A stretch of 64,000 nucleotides of DNA, from contig JANHCV010000008.1 of assembly GCA_025594325.1 (NCBI GenBank), positions 744,001 to 808,000 of the forward strand, given 5' to 3'. Every line of letters starts with the position of its first letter. Position 1 is the first letter of the stretch. Under the pieces are notes generated by a model. It had not been told where the DNA came from and searched no databases. It saw nothing but the letters and a program-made list of their open reading frames with translations. Below, piece by piece: positions 11,970-22,493 of this stretch. Source of the DNA: Blastocladiella emersonii ATCC 22665. Its lineage: Eukaryota; Fungi; Blastocladiomycota. The position numbers and the translations under genes were made by a program.

Positions 11970-13766
11970 TCACGCAGCAAGCCGTTTCCGGATATACACG
12001 AACAGCTCGCGGAACGCCCCTTCGCTTCCATCCTTGCGCGTGACCCGCTCCATGGCCGCAATCACTGTACGGCCGCGCACGATGGTGGCGATCTCCGTCG
12101 TGGTTCGCCCGCGTTGATTCTTGCGCAGCCCAACCGCCCACCCGCACAGAATCCGGTACCACATGCCGGTGGTGAAGCCTAAGCCGATACCGGGGTCGAC
12201 TTGGATCCCGGCAACGTCCAGTGCAGCGACGATCGCATCCGCATTGGTTCTCGGCGACTGCAGTTCGGGGCAGTTCCTGGCCGTATGGGTGTGGGATCCC
12301 GAGGAAAGGTCTGGCACGGCGGCGCAGAAGGCGCACTGGACGCTACCTGATGTGTCAAGCGGCGGGCGAGCTGCAATTCCTGGATGTGGCGAATGTGCTG
12401 CGGAACGAGAGGACGGCAAATCCGAGATTTCACCGGGTCCGTGCAACGAGCAGGAAGGGGAAGCGATACTTGTGTTCGAGAGCTGGTTGTTGCTCGATGC
12501 CGACGCGAAGTCGTGATCCAAGCACTTGGACTTACTCGACAGCGAGCTGACCATGTGCCCGAACACGAAAACCATATCCTCGAGTCCAAACTCGGGCCGA
12601 CGGACCATGCGCGCAAGAGAATTCGCTGCGCCGTCGACCACCTGGCCCAATTTGTCGGCTAGGATCTGCTTGAGTCCGCGCTGACGCGATCGGGACGGAC
12701 TGAGCTCGGCCACTTCCTCAAGGAGCGCGACAAACCGCGCGAAAAAGTCGCGCACCGTTTCACCTGGCCGGATCTTCAACGCGAGCCAGCGATTGACCCA
12801 GTCGCGCCGCCACCGCGGGTCCGCCGCGTTGAGGAACACGTGGCGAGCCTCCTCGTCGGACATGGTGTCGAGCAAGTAGACTCCGTAGATGGCGAAAAAG
12901 TCGGCCGAGACGCGCGGCCGCGCGTCAAGGAGTGCTCGGGCCAGTGCACCAGGCACAGCTGCGACCGATCGGGTCTCCTGCAGTAGAAGGCGCGCGGCAG
13001 TTGGGTTCGGGCCACGCAGCAGGTCAAGATCGAAAAAGCTATTACGGATAGCTGTACTAGGCGAGCGCGCGGGGGAGCGTGACCGTGGTCGCAAACAAGG
13101 TGAAGAATTAGGTCGGGACAAGCGAGAGCGAGAGCGTGGTCGATCGCGCGAATCGCGGGAGCGGGACTCGCGCGATCGACTGGGTGAACGCGATCGAGCA
13201 TGTGGATAGGCCCGGTCGGCGGGTGAGCTCGTCTGCGAGGGCGAGCGGGATCTGGTGTGAACTCGCGTACGAGATCGTGCACGCCGGTCGTACGTTTGGA
13301 AAGTAGAGCAGGTTTGAGAGCTCGAGGGTAAACGTCGAGGATATTCGGGAGACAAGGTATCCGATACCGGGGCCACCGGCCGCTCCGTTGTGCCAGTAGA
13401 AGCGGACCATGATCGAGCAAGTGGGTGCACCACAGAACCAGGTTTGTGCGCAAGCTCAGGTACACTTGCAGCGCTGCTGTAAGCGATAGAGGACAGGTCG
13501 TGGCTCTGCTTCTCAAGGCGATCCTGGAGCCGCTCTAGTGCCCTGATCTCGGCAACGGCGTCCGTAATACAGTGACCCGAGGCGGACTCGAGTTGGCTGC
13601 GGAGAACCGAGTTGACCAAGGAGAGCCGAAGCTCTACCAGTTGGCAAGTGACGCCGTTGAGAGCGGCACGATGGTCCAGCCACCGGCCCGACGGCGGCGG
13701 ATCATAACTTGCAAGCGTCTCGGCCGCGCCAGACGACTCCATGACATGTTCCATTTTGTATTGCAT
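11970..13766 (-). CDS. Gag-capsid-like protein with RS tract, extended CCHC knuckle and novel C-terminal domain (Y5, intact)
   Basis: Uninterrupted ~600-codon ORF. DPRWRRDWVNRWLALKIRPGETVRDFFARFVALL resembles the retrotransposon Gag CA motif L.Q..gESV.eF..RF..L. Knuckle CAFCAAVPDLSSGSHTHTARNC. No pol or LTR found nearby. Confidence 0.75.
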   Translation of the reverse strand: MQYKMEHVMESSGAAETLASYDPPPSGRWLDHRAALNGVTCQLVELRLSLVNSVLRSQLESASGHCITDAVAEIRALERLQDRLEKQSHDLSSIAYSSAASVPELAHKPGSVVHPLARSWSASTGTTERPVAPVSDTLSPEYPRRLPSSSQTCSTFQTYDRRARSRTRVHTRSRSPSQTSSPADRAYPHARSRSPSRSRESRSRDSRDRPRSRSRLSRPNSSPCLRPRSRSPARSPSTAIRNSFFDLDLLRGPNPTAARLLLQETRSVAAVPGALARALLDARPRVSADFFAIYGVYLLDTMSDEEARHVFLNAADPRWRRDWVNRWLALKIRPGETVRDFFARFVALLEEVAELSPSRSRQRGLKQILADKLGQVVDGAANSLARMVRRPEFGLEDMVFVFGHMVSSLSSKSKCLDHDFASASSNNQLSNTSIASPSCSLHGPGEISDLPSSRSAAHSPHPGIAARPPLDTSGSVQCAFCAAVPDLSSGSHTHTARNCPELQSPRTNADAIVAALDVAGIQVDPGIGLGFTTGMWYRILCGWAVGLRKNQRGRTTTEIATIVRGRTVIAAMERVTRKDGSEGAFRELFVYIRKRLAA

Positions 13767-13829
13767 CAAGTCGCACTGCTGAGAAACGGCTGATCCGAGC
13801 CACGGAGGGAGGTTGAGAGCGGAGGACCG

Positions 13830-13960
13830 GCGTGGCGAAAGCGAGTGGCGCGCGCGGCCCACGTGATGGAAACGCGTCTCGCACCTGCCGACGCGTCGCG
13901 CCGCCGCGCCGAGCCGGGCCGCGCCGGATGCTTGTTACCCGTCCGCCCGCCCGCCGGCGC
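13830..13960. promoter_or_regulatory. ACGCG/CGCG cluster in the divergent intergenic region between Y5 and the 14542 gene
   Basis: GAAACGCGTCTCGC...GACGCGTCGCGCCG. Similar clusters lie upstream of other genes here (near 3050-3360, 39420-39470, 40760-40810, 53880-53930, 57700-57745). Confidence 0.45.
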
Positions 13961-14541
13961 CGCGGATCGGCCCGCACCTGCGCTCCACGCGCACTCATGG
14001 AAACAGCCAGCTGAGCGCCGCCACACTCCCTGCGCGCCGCGGCCCACGCACTCGCCCACCAACTCGCCCTTCCCTGCCCGCCCGTTCTCCTTTCTCCGAA
14101 CGGCCCCATTCTCGCGTTTCCACGGGCCCGTGACTCGCTCACACGCGCTCGTTCGCCCTCATCCCGTCGCACTGGCCAGCTCCTGCACTTTCCTCCTGAC
14201 TCGCCCCGCCGCCTTTGCGTCACTTGCGTGAGCGCACGACGCCCGCCCCAACTTCCCTCCTCGCACCTCATCGCGTCCCCTCTCGCATCTGCCCGAGCCT
14301 GTCGCACCCGATTTGGCCGCCCGCGCGCTTCGCCATCCTCGTTCGTGTGCAGCTGGCTCGACGACGCGTGACCATCGCCGCCCAGAACCTTCTCGGCTGC
14401 CTGCCCGCCGCGCATCGACAGCGCGCCGTGCGCTCGTCGATCTATAGATCACCCTCGCGATACCCTCCGAGTAGGTTCTCGTTCGCCATACCGCAATAGC
14501 GCCGCTCGCTCACTCGTCCGGACGTGTAGTACACCTAGACC

Positions 14542-17500
14542 ATGTCCTCCTCGCCTGCGCCGTCTACCCGTGCGGCGTCAGCCGGGCCGCCGCCGTCCAT
14601 ACCCGGCCCGACCACCGAGCTGCCCTCCTCATCGGCGACCGACACCGAGTCGAGTCCACGTCGACCCGCCGCGTCGAGCAAGCCCGCGACGACGCCGCCA
14701 TCCTCGACTGTCGACGCGGCCGCCTCGTCGCTCGGGCTCACGCCGCAACACCGCCCGCGTTACTCGGCCGCCGCCCCCGCTGCCGAGTCCGACGCGTCAG
14801 GCCAAACACTCCCGCAACCACCGCACCCGCACTACGCGTACCCAGCGTACTTCCACGGCCCGCCGCCGCCGCCATCCAGCGGTCCCCCGCCAGGCTACCC
14901 GTACGACTACTCGGCCATGGCAGCTGCGGCCGCCGCCGCCGCGGCCGCGGGATTCCCGGGTGCTGCCGCGGCCGCCGCGTCGCTCCCGCCGCGCCCGTTC
15001 GCGACGCCGTTCCGGTTCGCCACGCCCGGTCCCCCGCCTCCGCCCTTCGACCACCACCACGGCGGCAGCACGGGCGGCGCCGGTGCCCCGATCCCGGCAT
15101 GGTACTCGAGCATGGCCGCGACCGCGGCATCGACGGGCGACGCCGACCCGCCGCCGCTCGACCACGTCTCAGCGCGCAGCCTCGCGCTGTACCGCGAATT
15201 CAAGCGCACGCAGGAGGAGGGCGACCGCATCCGGATCCAGGCGGGCCAGTTCCCGCTGCACTTAGCGCCGCACGCGGCGCCGCACCCGCACTACCAGCAG
15301 GCGCTCATGCACCAGCACTTCCTCGACGCCCAGCCTCAGCACCCGCCGCCGCACCCGTCCGTCGACGGTCCAAGTCGGCCGGGCGCACGCAAACACGCGG
15401 CGTCTGGCGGCAAGAAGTCGTCCGCTACCGCCGGTGGCGGTGACCTCGCCAAGCGCGTCGAGCCCGCGGGCCGCGGCGCGACCGTGGCGTCCGGGATCGC
15501 GTCGGGCGCCACGCCGTGTCCACCCGTGACCGACAAGTTCCCGACCATGAAGCGCGTCGAAAAGGCCGGCCTCGTGCGCAACGACCAGATCCCGCGCGTG
15601 ACCGCGGCCGCCCTGGCCTCGTCCTCGCCCGGTCCCAACGCCGACGCGCCGCTGGGGTTCCGCAACCTGCCGAGCCGGCTCGCGGCGTCCGAGAGCGCGC
15701 GCAGGGCGACGGTGTCGCGGACTCCAGTGTACGTTCCATTCACTATTCCGCTACTCGGGCAGGACTGACTTTTGGGGATGTAGATCGCGTCGACCTGAGC
15801 AGCCTAACACCGAGCCTGTCTCGCACGCGTCGAATTCATCGAGCCGGTTCAGCTTCAACGGGTCGGCCGCGGATGCCGCCACGCCGAGCTCGGCGCCGGC
15901 CGCGGCGCGGACCCGCACCACCTCGACGCCCGCAACCACCGAGACATCGGCCGCCGAGCCCGAGCACACGCCGGGTCCCGATCCCGGCCCGCCGGCAACG
16001 CCCGCGACGATCGACGCGATGCACGCCGACTTCTGCGCGGCGCTGCTGGTCGACCTGCCCGACGACCCGGACGGCATCCTGAAACTGGAGCGGTTTGAGG
16101 CGGCCATCGACTTTGCGTGCACGAGCTGCAAGAACAAGGGGTACGAGGGCGACAAGCAGGACGGGTTCATGCGCACGCTGATGGCGGTGCACACCATCGT
16201 CAAGGACAAGCTGTACCGTGCGCGGCAGTGCACCATGGAGCAGTATTTCACGCAGTTCCACAAGATCTCGCGCGCCCAGGTGTACCGGCTGCTCGACTGC
16301 CACACGATCCTCATGGAGCTGCACGATTTCGCCGTGCGCCCGTTCAAGCAGCGCATCTGCCGCACCTTGAAGAAGGTCGCGCCCAACGCCGACACGCGCC
16401 GCAAGCTCTGGCAGGCCGTCCTCGACCGGTACCGCGGCAACGTCAACAACCTCACGTCGGGCGATATCACGTCCACGTGGCGCGAGTTCGCTAACAACGA
16501 CCCGCAGCTCCGCGACCTGCTCGCGGCCGCAACCACCGCGGCGGCGGGTAAGTCCCGCCCCTCGACATCCGCTGCGCGCAGCCGCGCCGCCGCCCGCGCG
16601 TCCGCGACGCCCGGCCACGACGACGACGTGTCGTCGGTCGGCACCGCGACGCCCGCCGGTGTGCTCCCGATGCAGCACCCGCCCATGGCCGTCTTCAACA
16701 ACGCGGGCGTCGCGCCTCCGGCGCCGCTCGGGATCCCGCAACAACCGCAGCGCGCAAGCTCCATGGCGCCGCCGTCGTCGACCCCGCACCACCACGCGGC
16801 ATACCCGCCGCCGCCGCCGTTCCACCACCACCACCCGCACGGGCACGCGCACAGCCCCGCGGCCGACGAGTTCCCGTGCCGCCTCGCGTCGTTCTCGCCA
16901 GTGTTCCTGAACCAGGCCGACGACCGCGTCGCCCCCTCCCCCGCCACCGCCGCCACCATCCCTTCATCATCCGCGCGCGGGTCGCGCAACACCTCGCTCC
17001 CGCCGATCCCGCTCCCCGCGCGCGCGCCGTCGCTCCCGCCCAGCGCTCCTGCGCCTGTTCCCGCGGCGTCGCGGCTCGTCGCGGCACTCGATCTCGCGCC
17101 GCGGTTCCCGCCTCAGCAGATGCAGCAGCAGCGCGTCAAGTCGGCGTCGATCGTCTCGGCGACCGTCACGCCGATCCGGCCCTCGGTCGCGTCCGCGGCG
17201 CACGCGCTGCTCCAGGTGTCCGCCATGACGCCGCCCGCGGGCGGGTGGGGGGTTCAGGTCAAGGCCGAGCCACACGCCGTGGAGACTGCGGCGGTGTCGA
17301 CGCCGACGAAGCCCAAGGCGCGCGCGAAGCGTAAGCCGGTGGCGAGCAAAGCGGACACGAACGGCGACGAGCCGCCCGTCAAGCGCCGGCGTCGGACTAA
17401 GAAGTCGGACGGTGAGCCGGCGGCGGACGGCGAGAAGCGGAAGGCGCCGCGCAAGAAGTCGGCGGCGGTGCTGCTGCCGGTTCCCACGGGACCGGCGGTG

Positions 17501-19501
17501 TTTGGTCCACCGGGCGTGCCGTTCTCGCACCAGGTGTACGTGCAGCACGCGCCCATGGAGGTCGACGTCTCGATGCACCAGCCCGTGGCATCCGTCGCGG
17601 TGCCGGCTGAGCCCATGACTGTCGATCCCGCACCCATGACCGCCGCCGACCCCGCGTCGGACCCCGCCGCGCCCGCCGGCGAGGAGCCCGTGCATCCCGT
17701 GATCGAGCTCCCGAAACCTATCAAGATCCCGCCGCTCGACCCGACGCTGCCGCACGTCACGCTGTCAACGACGTCGTCGGGGCAGCCGGTGCTGCTCGAG
17801 CCCCGCTTCGCGGCCGACGACTGGGACTTTGACGCGGCGTGCATCGCCAAGCTCGCGTGCACGCCGCCCGCGCTGCACCGCCGCATCGCGTCGGGCGCGT
17901 GGTCCGCGGCGGCCTCGAGCACATTCAACATGCTGCGCCCGTTCACGCCGACGGTCGTCGCTACGGCGCGCGCGACGCCGCGGGTCTCTTTCAAGACGGG
18001 CGGCGGGGAGCACTCGCGCCACGCGTCCGGTGGGACCGACGCGGGGATGATGCTGTCACACCGCACGCCGCGCGGCGGGCTGCTCGCGCCGCTGCCCGAG
18101 GATCTCGAGGGAAGCGGCGGCAGTGGAGCCCTGTCCCTGTCCGTGTCGCTGAGCGCGACGCTAATGCAGCACCACCGTAGGCGCGCGTCGCAGCCAGCTT
18201 CGTCGGCGCCAGCTTCGGCGCGGACCAACGGGCGACCGAGCCTGCCGCCGTCGCTCATGAACAGCCCGCAGATCGACGCCGTGACGATCGGCATCTTCAA
18301 GTCGCCCAACGGCGTCCGCGGGTCGCGCCTGATTCCGCCGCCATCGTCGGCGCAGGAGGAGTCGACGCATCTCGACGACGCCTACGCGATGCCGCACGGC
18401 ATGTGGACGCTCCCGCAGCACTTCCACCGCGGTGCCATGTACGAGAGCAGTAGCGGGTTCGCGCTCCCGCCTTACCCCGGCGCCGCGGCGGGCCCGTTCA
18501 CGCCGCGCACGGGCATGGCGATTTCGCAGGCGACGGGCGTCCCGATGATGGTCGTCGACGCGTGGCAGCAGCAGCCGCAGTTTCGGTACGCGCCCCATGG
18601 CGCCGAGTTCACGCCCGCGAACGCGCTCGCGCTCGACGCTGGGCCACCTGATGCCGCGGCGGCGGCGGCGCAGCGCGACTGGGTCGTGTACGGCGATGCG
18701 CGGGCGGCCTCGGCCGACGTGCAGCCGCAGTACCCCGACGCAGCGCAGCACCACCACTACCACCACCACTTCCAGGCCGGCAGTGGGATTCCAGAACCCG
18801 TCATGGTCGACGCGGCGCGGCTGTTCGGGATGCAAACCGGCGGCAACGGCGAGCTCCACCCCGACGACGCGGCGCGGCTCATCTCGATCATCTCGCCGCA
18901 GTACCTGCACGAGCCGTCGGCGGGCAGCGGCGGTGGTGGCGGCGAGCACTTCCTCGATGCCGTGTCCGCTGCTGCCTCGGCTGCCGCCGCGGCGGCGTGC
19001 GGGGAGGGCAAGCAGCAGCACTTTGCCGCGTCCGCGTCCGAGCCGCCACCGACGCCGGCCGCCATTGAGTCGTCGTCGACCATGTTCGCCGTGCAGCAGC
19101 CGACGTTTCCAACATCTGCCGCGGCCATGTTCCACGCGATGCAGCACCGCGCGCAGCACCACCCGATGCACTCGTCGCCGTTCACCGAGGAGCACCACAC
19201 GTTCTCGGAGGGCGACGTCGCCGACTGCAGCAGCGTGTACAGCCTGCCGGTCGGGATGGGCGCTGGCATGGGCGACGGCGGCGCTCACGGCGAGCATTAC
19301 TACTACCAGCACCAGAACTCGCACATTTACCACCATCACCGGTTCGCGCAGTCGCAGTCCATGGGCCCGCCGCCGATGCACCCACACGCGTGCCCGCCGA
19401 TGCCGTTCGATGTGGCCGCCCAGCAGCAGCAGCAGCACTATGTCCCGCCGCAGCTAAGACGCGCCATGTCGGCGTCGGCCGCGGACGCGTACACGGGCTA
19501 G
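14542..19501 (+). CDS. Large low-complexity protein with a central putative HTH DNA-binding domain (putative transcription factor), 2 exons
   Basis: ORFs 14542-15768 and 16019-19501 join in frame through intron 15729..15783 (GTACGT...CTGAC...TAG), giving ~1634 aa. Ordered domain FMRTLMAVHTIVKDKLYRARQCTMEQYFTQFHKISRAQVYRLLDC...LWQAVLDRY; NLS-like KRRRRTKK and KRKAPRKK; Pro/His/Ala/Gln-rich flanks. Confidence 0.85.
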
Positions 19502-19955
19502 CCGCGCTTCACTTCTCTCCCCTTCATTTCACGCGTATTCCGACCACTTAATCCATCATGTCTGCATGTACCCTCGCCCGCCCGCCCGCTCGTTCGTGCT
19601 GCATGTCGCGCGCGGCGCGGCAGGTATCACTGTTTCTCACACATAAAAACCATCCTAACGTTGGAACCTGGACCTGGTCGGCTGGCTTTGATGACGAAGG
19701 CGCTCCGAGGAAGTGATTTCGATGTATGGGCAAAGGCTGGAGCGAGACGGGCGGGAGCCGTGAGAAAGATCAAACGAGAGCGTGCGTGACAAGCGAGGGG
19801 CCTGATCCCGGCCGGCAAGCGGACCGAGATACGGATCAAAAGCAAGTGCAGGCGGAGAGCGAGGTGTTGCGAAGGACCGGTTAACAGCTGAGTAGCGCGC
19901 ACCTCGCGAAACGATTCGAGGCGCGCGCGATACGCGAGAAAGGTCCACGATCCCG

Positions 19956-20789
19956 TCACTTCTCTGGCCCGCTTCCGTCGAGCGCGGTCGCAGCACCTGT
20001 GCGGAACGAGTACGCAGTGAGCTCGGGCCGATCTGTGAGGTGGCGGAAGTCGTCAATGAACTCGGACTTGATCAGCAGCAATCCGCCCGGAAGGAGGAAC
20101 AGGGGCCCGTCGGGGTAGCCGATGCGGCGGCGGTGCTTGATGAAGGCGGAAACGACGGCCGCGGGGCACACGGGCTCCTCGTCGGGAGCGCGCGGTACCG
20201 TGACGGCGGTGCTGTGGCGGTAGAGCGGGTCTGCCGTGTGGCGCGGGAGCTGCAGGGTGAGACCGTGGCTGTTGAGCGAGGCGCCGGCGAGAAGCACGAG
20301 TTCGCACGCGTCGGAGCGTGAATCGGGCAGAAGCTCGTCCAAAGAGTGCGTGGCGTAGAAAGCGACGACGGCAACGGCGCGGTGCGCGAACTCGAGGTAA
20401 GTGGTCGGCAGGATCTCGACGTAGCGGATCACGTCCTCGAGCAAGACGGGAGGAGGGCGGACAAAGTTCTTCTCAGGAAGGCATCTTTTGAGCTTGAAGA
20501 TGCCGCGGAGAGTCATCTGAACCTCGTAGGATTTGACGGCGGCGGCGGTTGAGGAGATACCGCGAAACGCGTGCGCGCGGCCGAGACGACTCAGGTACTG
20601 ATTGATGGTGGTAGGTCGCAAGCGAGGATCGAGCCATGCGGCAAAGGCGGCGAGCGAGCGCGGCGTGGGCACCGGGTCGCATCCCATGGTGTCGACGAAG
20701 GTGCTCCAGTGCTGCTCGGCCAGCGCGTAGGCCGCCTCGGTGCGACTATTGCGCCCAGCTTCGGCAAGGGCGTGGGCACGGGCCAGCAA
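19956..20789 (-). mobile_element. Tyrosine recombinase (Cre/DIRS-like), truncated and catalytically degenerate
   Basis: Core-binding motif T..AY...W..F...L..F.A.L...TI..YLS.L..H; box I AFYATHSLDEL (catalytic Arg absent); CPAAV, PLF; box II AYSFRTGAAT (His to Tyr). Stop before the catalytic Tyr region. Confidence 0.8.
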
Positions 20790-20949
20790 CGCCTCTTAGT
20801 CGATCGCGGGAGGGACGGCGCGAGCACGGCGCGGCGGCGCTTGCTGAGGCGCGGACGGTGCCAGGGCGGGCGCGTCAAGTCGGCTGCTGTGGTAGCCGTG
20901 GGGAGATTGCATGGTGTTGGGAGCGCGATGTTGTTTGCAAGGAGAGGAT

Positions 20950-21300
20950 GAGGGAGTGCGAGCGGATCGGCCCAAGGGGCGGCGAGTTCGCCTCGGTCGC
21001 GGCTGCAACAGCGATCGTCGCCGGCCACGTGATTCGTGATGTCGGCGACATGAACGACGCGAAGCGATCGCTTGTGGCGCAGCTCGGGTTCAGCAAGCAA
21101 AGTCTCTGACGGGATCAAAATGCACAGCTTAGTACGCCGTGAGGCGGTTCATGGATTGCGATGCGAAGCTGACCATGGAGTTGGCGCGGATGAGGACACG
21201 AGCCCACGCCGGGATGGCCAAATCGTTGGCGGCGAGCTAGTCGAGGGCGAGGACGATGGCCGTGGCCTCATCGAGATTGATGGTAGGTGGCGGTGCGTGT
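20950..21300 (-). pseudogene. RNase H relic of a DIRS/Ngaro-type retrotransposon
   Basis: TINLDEATAIVLALD*...VLIRANSMV and VVHVADITNHVAGDD..SR match the DIRS RNase H motifs IN.LE..AV..AL, V...DN and HV.G..N..AD..SR, with stops. Directly upstream of the recombinase, the order expected in YR retrotransposons. Confidence 0.6.
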
Positions 21301-21450
21301 GGCCAGAGGTCCCTCTGGCGCGGCGGAGCGAAGGATCGGCACGCGATGCGACGACACCCGCGTGACCGCGCACATGCATGGCCGTTTTCGCTCGCCCTCC
21401 GCAGCGAACGCGCTCTCTCATCGATGAAGCACTGAAACCATCTTCGGACC

Positions 21451-22297
21451 ATGGAACTTCATGCAGCAGAGCCGACACGGCGCGGCAAACGCATCCGTGA
21501 CCGTGCGGATACTTCTTTGAGTGCGCCGATGGGTTCGGCCCCGTTCGTCGTTCCTCCGCGGCCTCGTTTGTGCTCCGGTGCACAGCGGCCGGCCGCTGTC
21601 GCTTCCGTCGCGGTGAACCAGAAGGTCAAGGAGGAATACGTGAGCGGAGATGAGCCGGCTGGCAGCGACGAGGATGGCACAGACGATGCAGTCGCGGACG
21701 GCATCGTCAACGAGGACGACAATCACGACGGCGTTACCAGGTAGGGTTATTGGTGACTACCTCCGTTCCGCTCGGGGCTCTGGATCGAGTTAACTCACTG
21801 CTGCGAGCACAGCTGGCAGCGTCGGCGTCGCCGGGTCACTGTCAAACTGTGCAACATGCCGCTGGACCTTCGCGTGCAGCTCCGCTTGAGAGTTCTTGTC
21901 TACGGGCCTTTCCTCGACGAAGGCGTCCTCGAGAAGCGCTGCTATTCCGATTACCTCAGTCTCTTTGGCAACGAGGAGTCAGTCCTGAGCTTTACAGAGG
22001 TACACGGCCCGTCACGTCTACAAGCATGGGAAACTTAAATGATCTCCGTCGATTCTATTACCGCGACCTCTTCCTTGACGCCGCACGCTCCCAAAAGACG
22101 CGGCTCGGCGAACGGACGGCCGCGCTGCTCAAGGACGGAACGCTCGCCCATCTCTGTCGAGACTCGCCAGCCGCTGGTACAACGGGGGATGAATGCCGGA
22201 CCCTCAATTACAATCGCCAGTGGATGACCAACGAGGCGGGTCGGCAGCATCCTTTTCTTGCTGAGCTCGTCCGCTGCGGTGTGACTTGGAGGCAGGG
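21451..22297 (+). pseudogene. Family X copy a (exons 1-3; 3' half replaced by the hAT element)
   Basis: MELHAAEPTRRGKRIRD; LRVQLRLRVLVYGPFLDE..YSDYL; YRDLFL..HPFLAELVRCGVTWRQG. The exon-3 acceptor reads AT instead of AG. Exons 4-5 are missing. Confidence 0.65.
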
Positions 22298-22493
22298 TAC
22301 GCCCGCTCCACATCGGTCGGGTCCGCGTGAGCCAAGTACACAGTTTTTCATCACCCGGTCGCAGCGGCGGCGGCCTGCCCTGCACACTCTCGCCCTCCTG
22401 CGCCGCCGCGGTGCTTCCTCTCTCTCCCGTCGCGCCAGACTTGGGGCCAATTTAGCGATCGGCTTGCATTCGATCTTGAAACGTAACACAATC

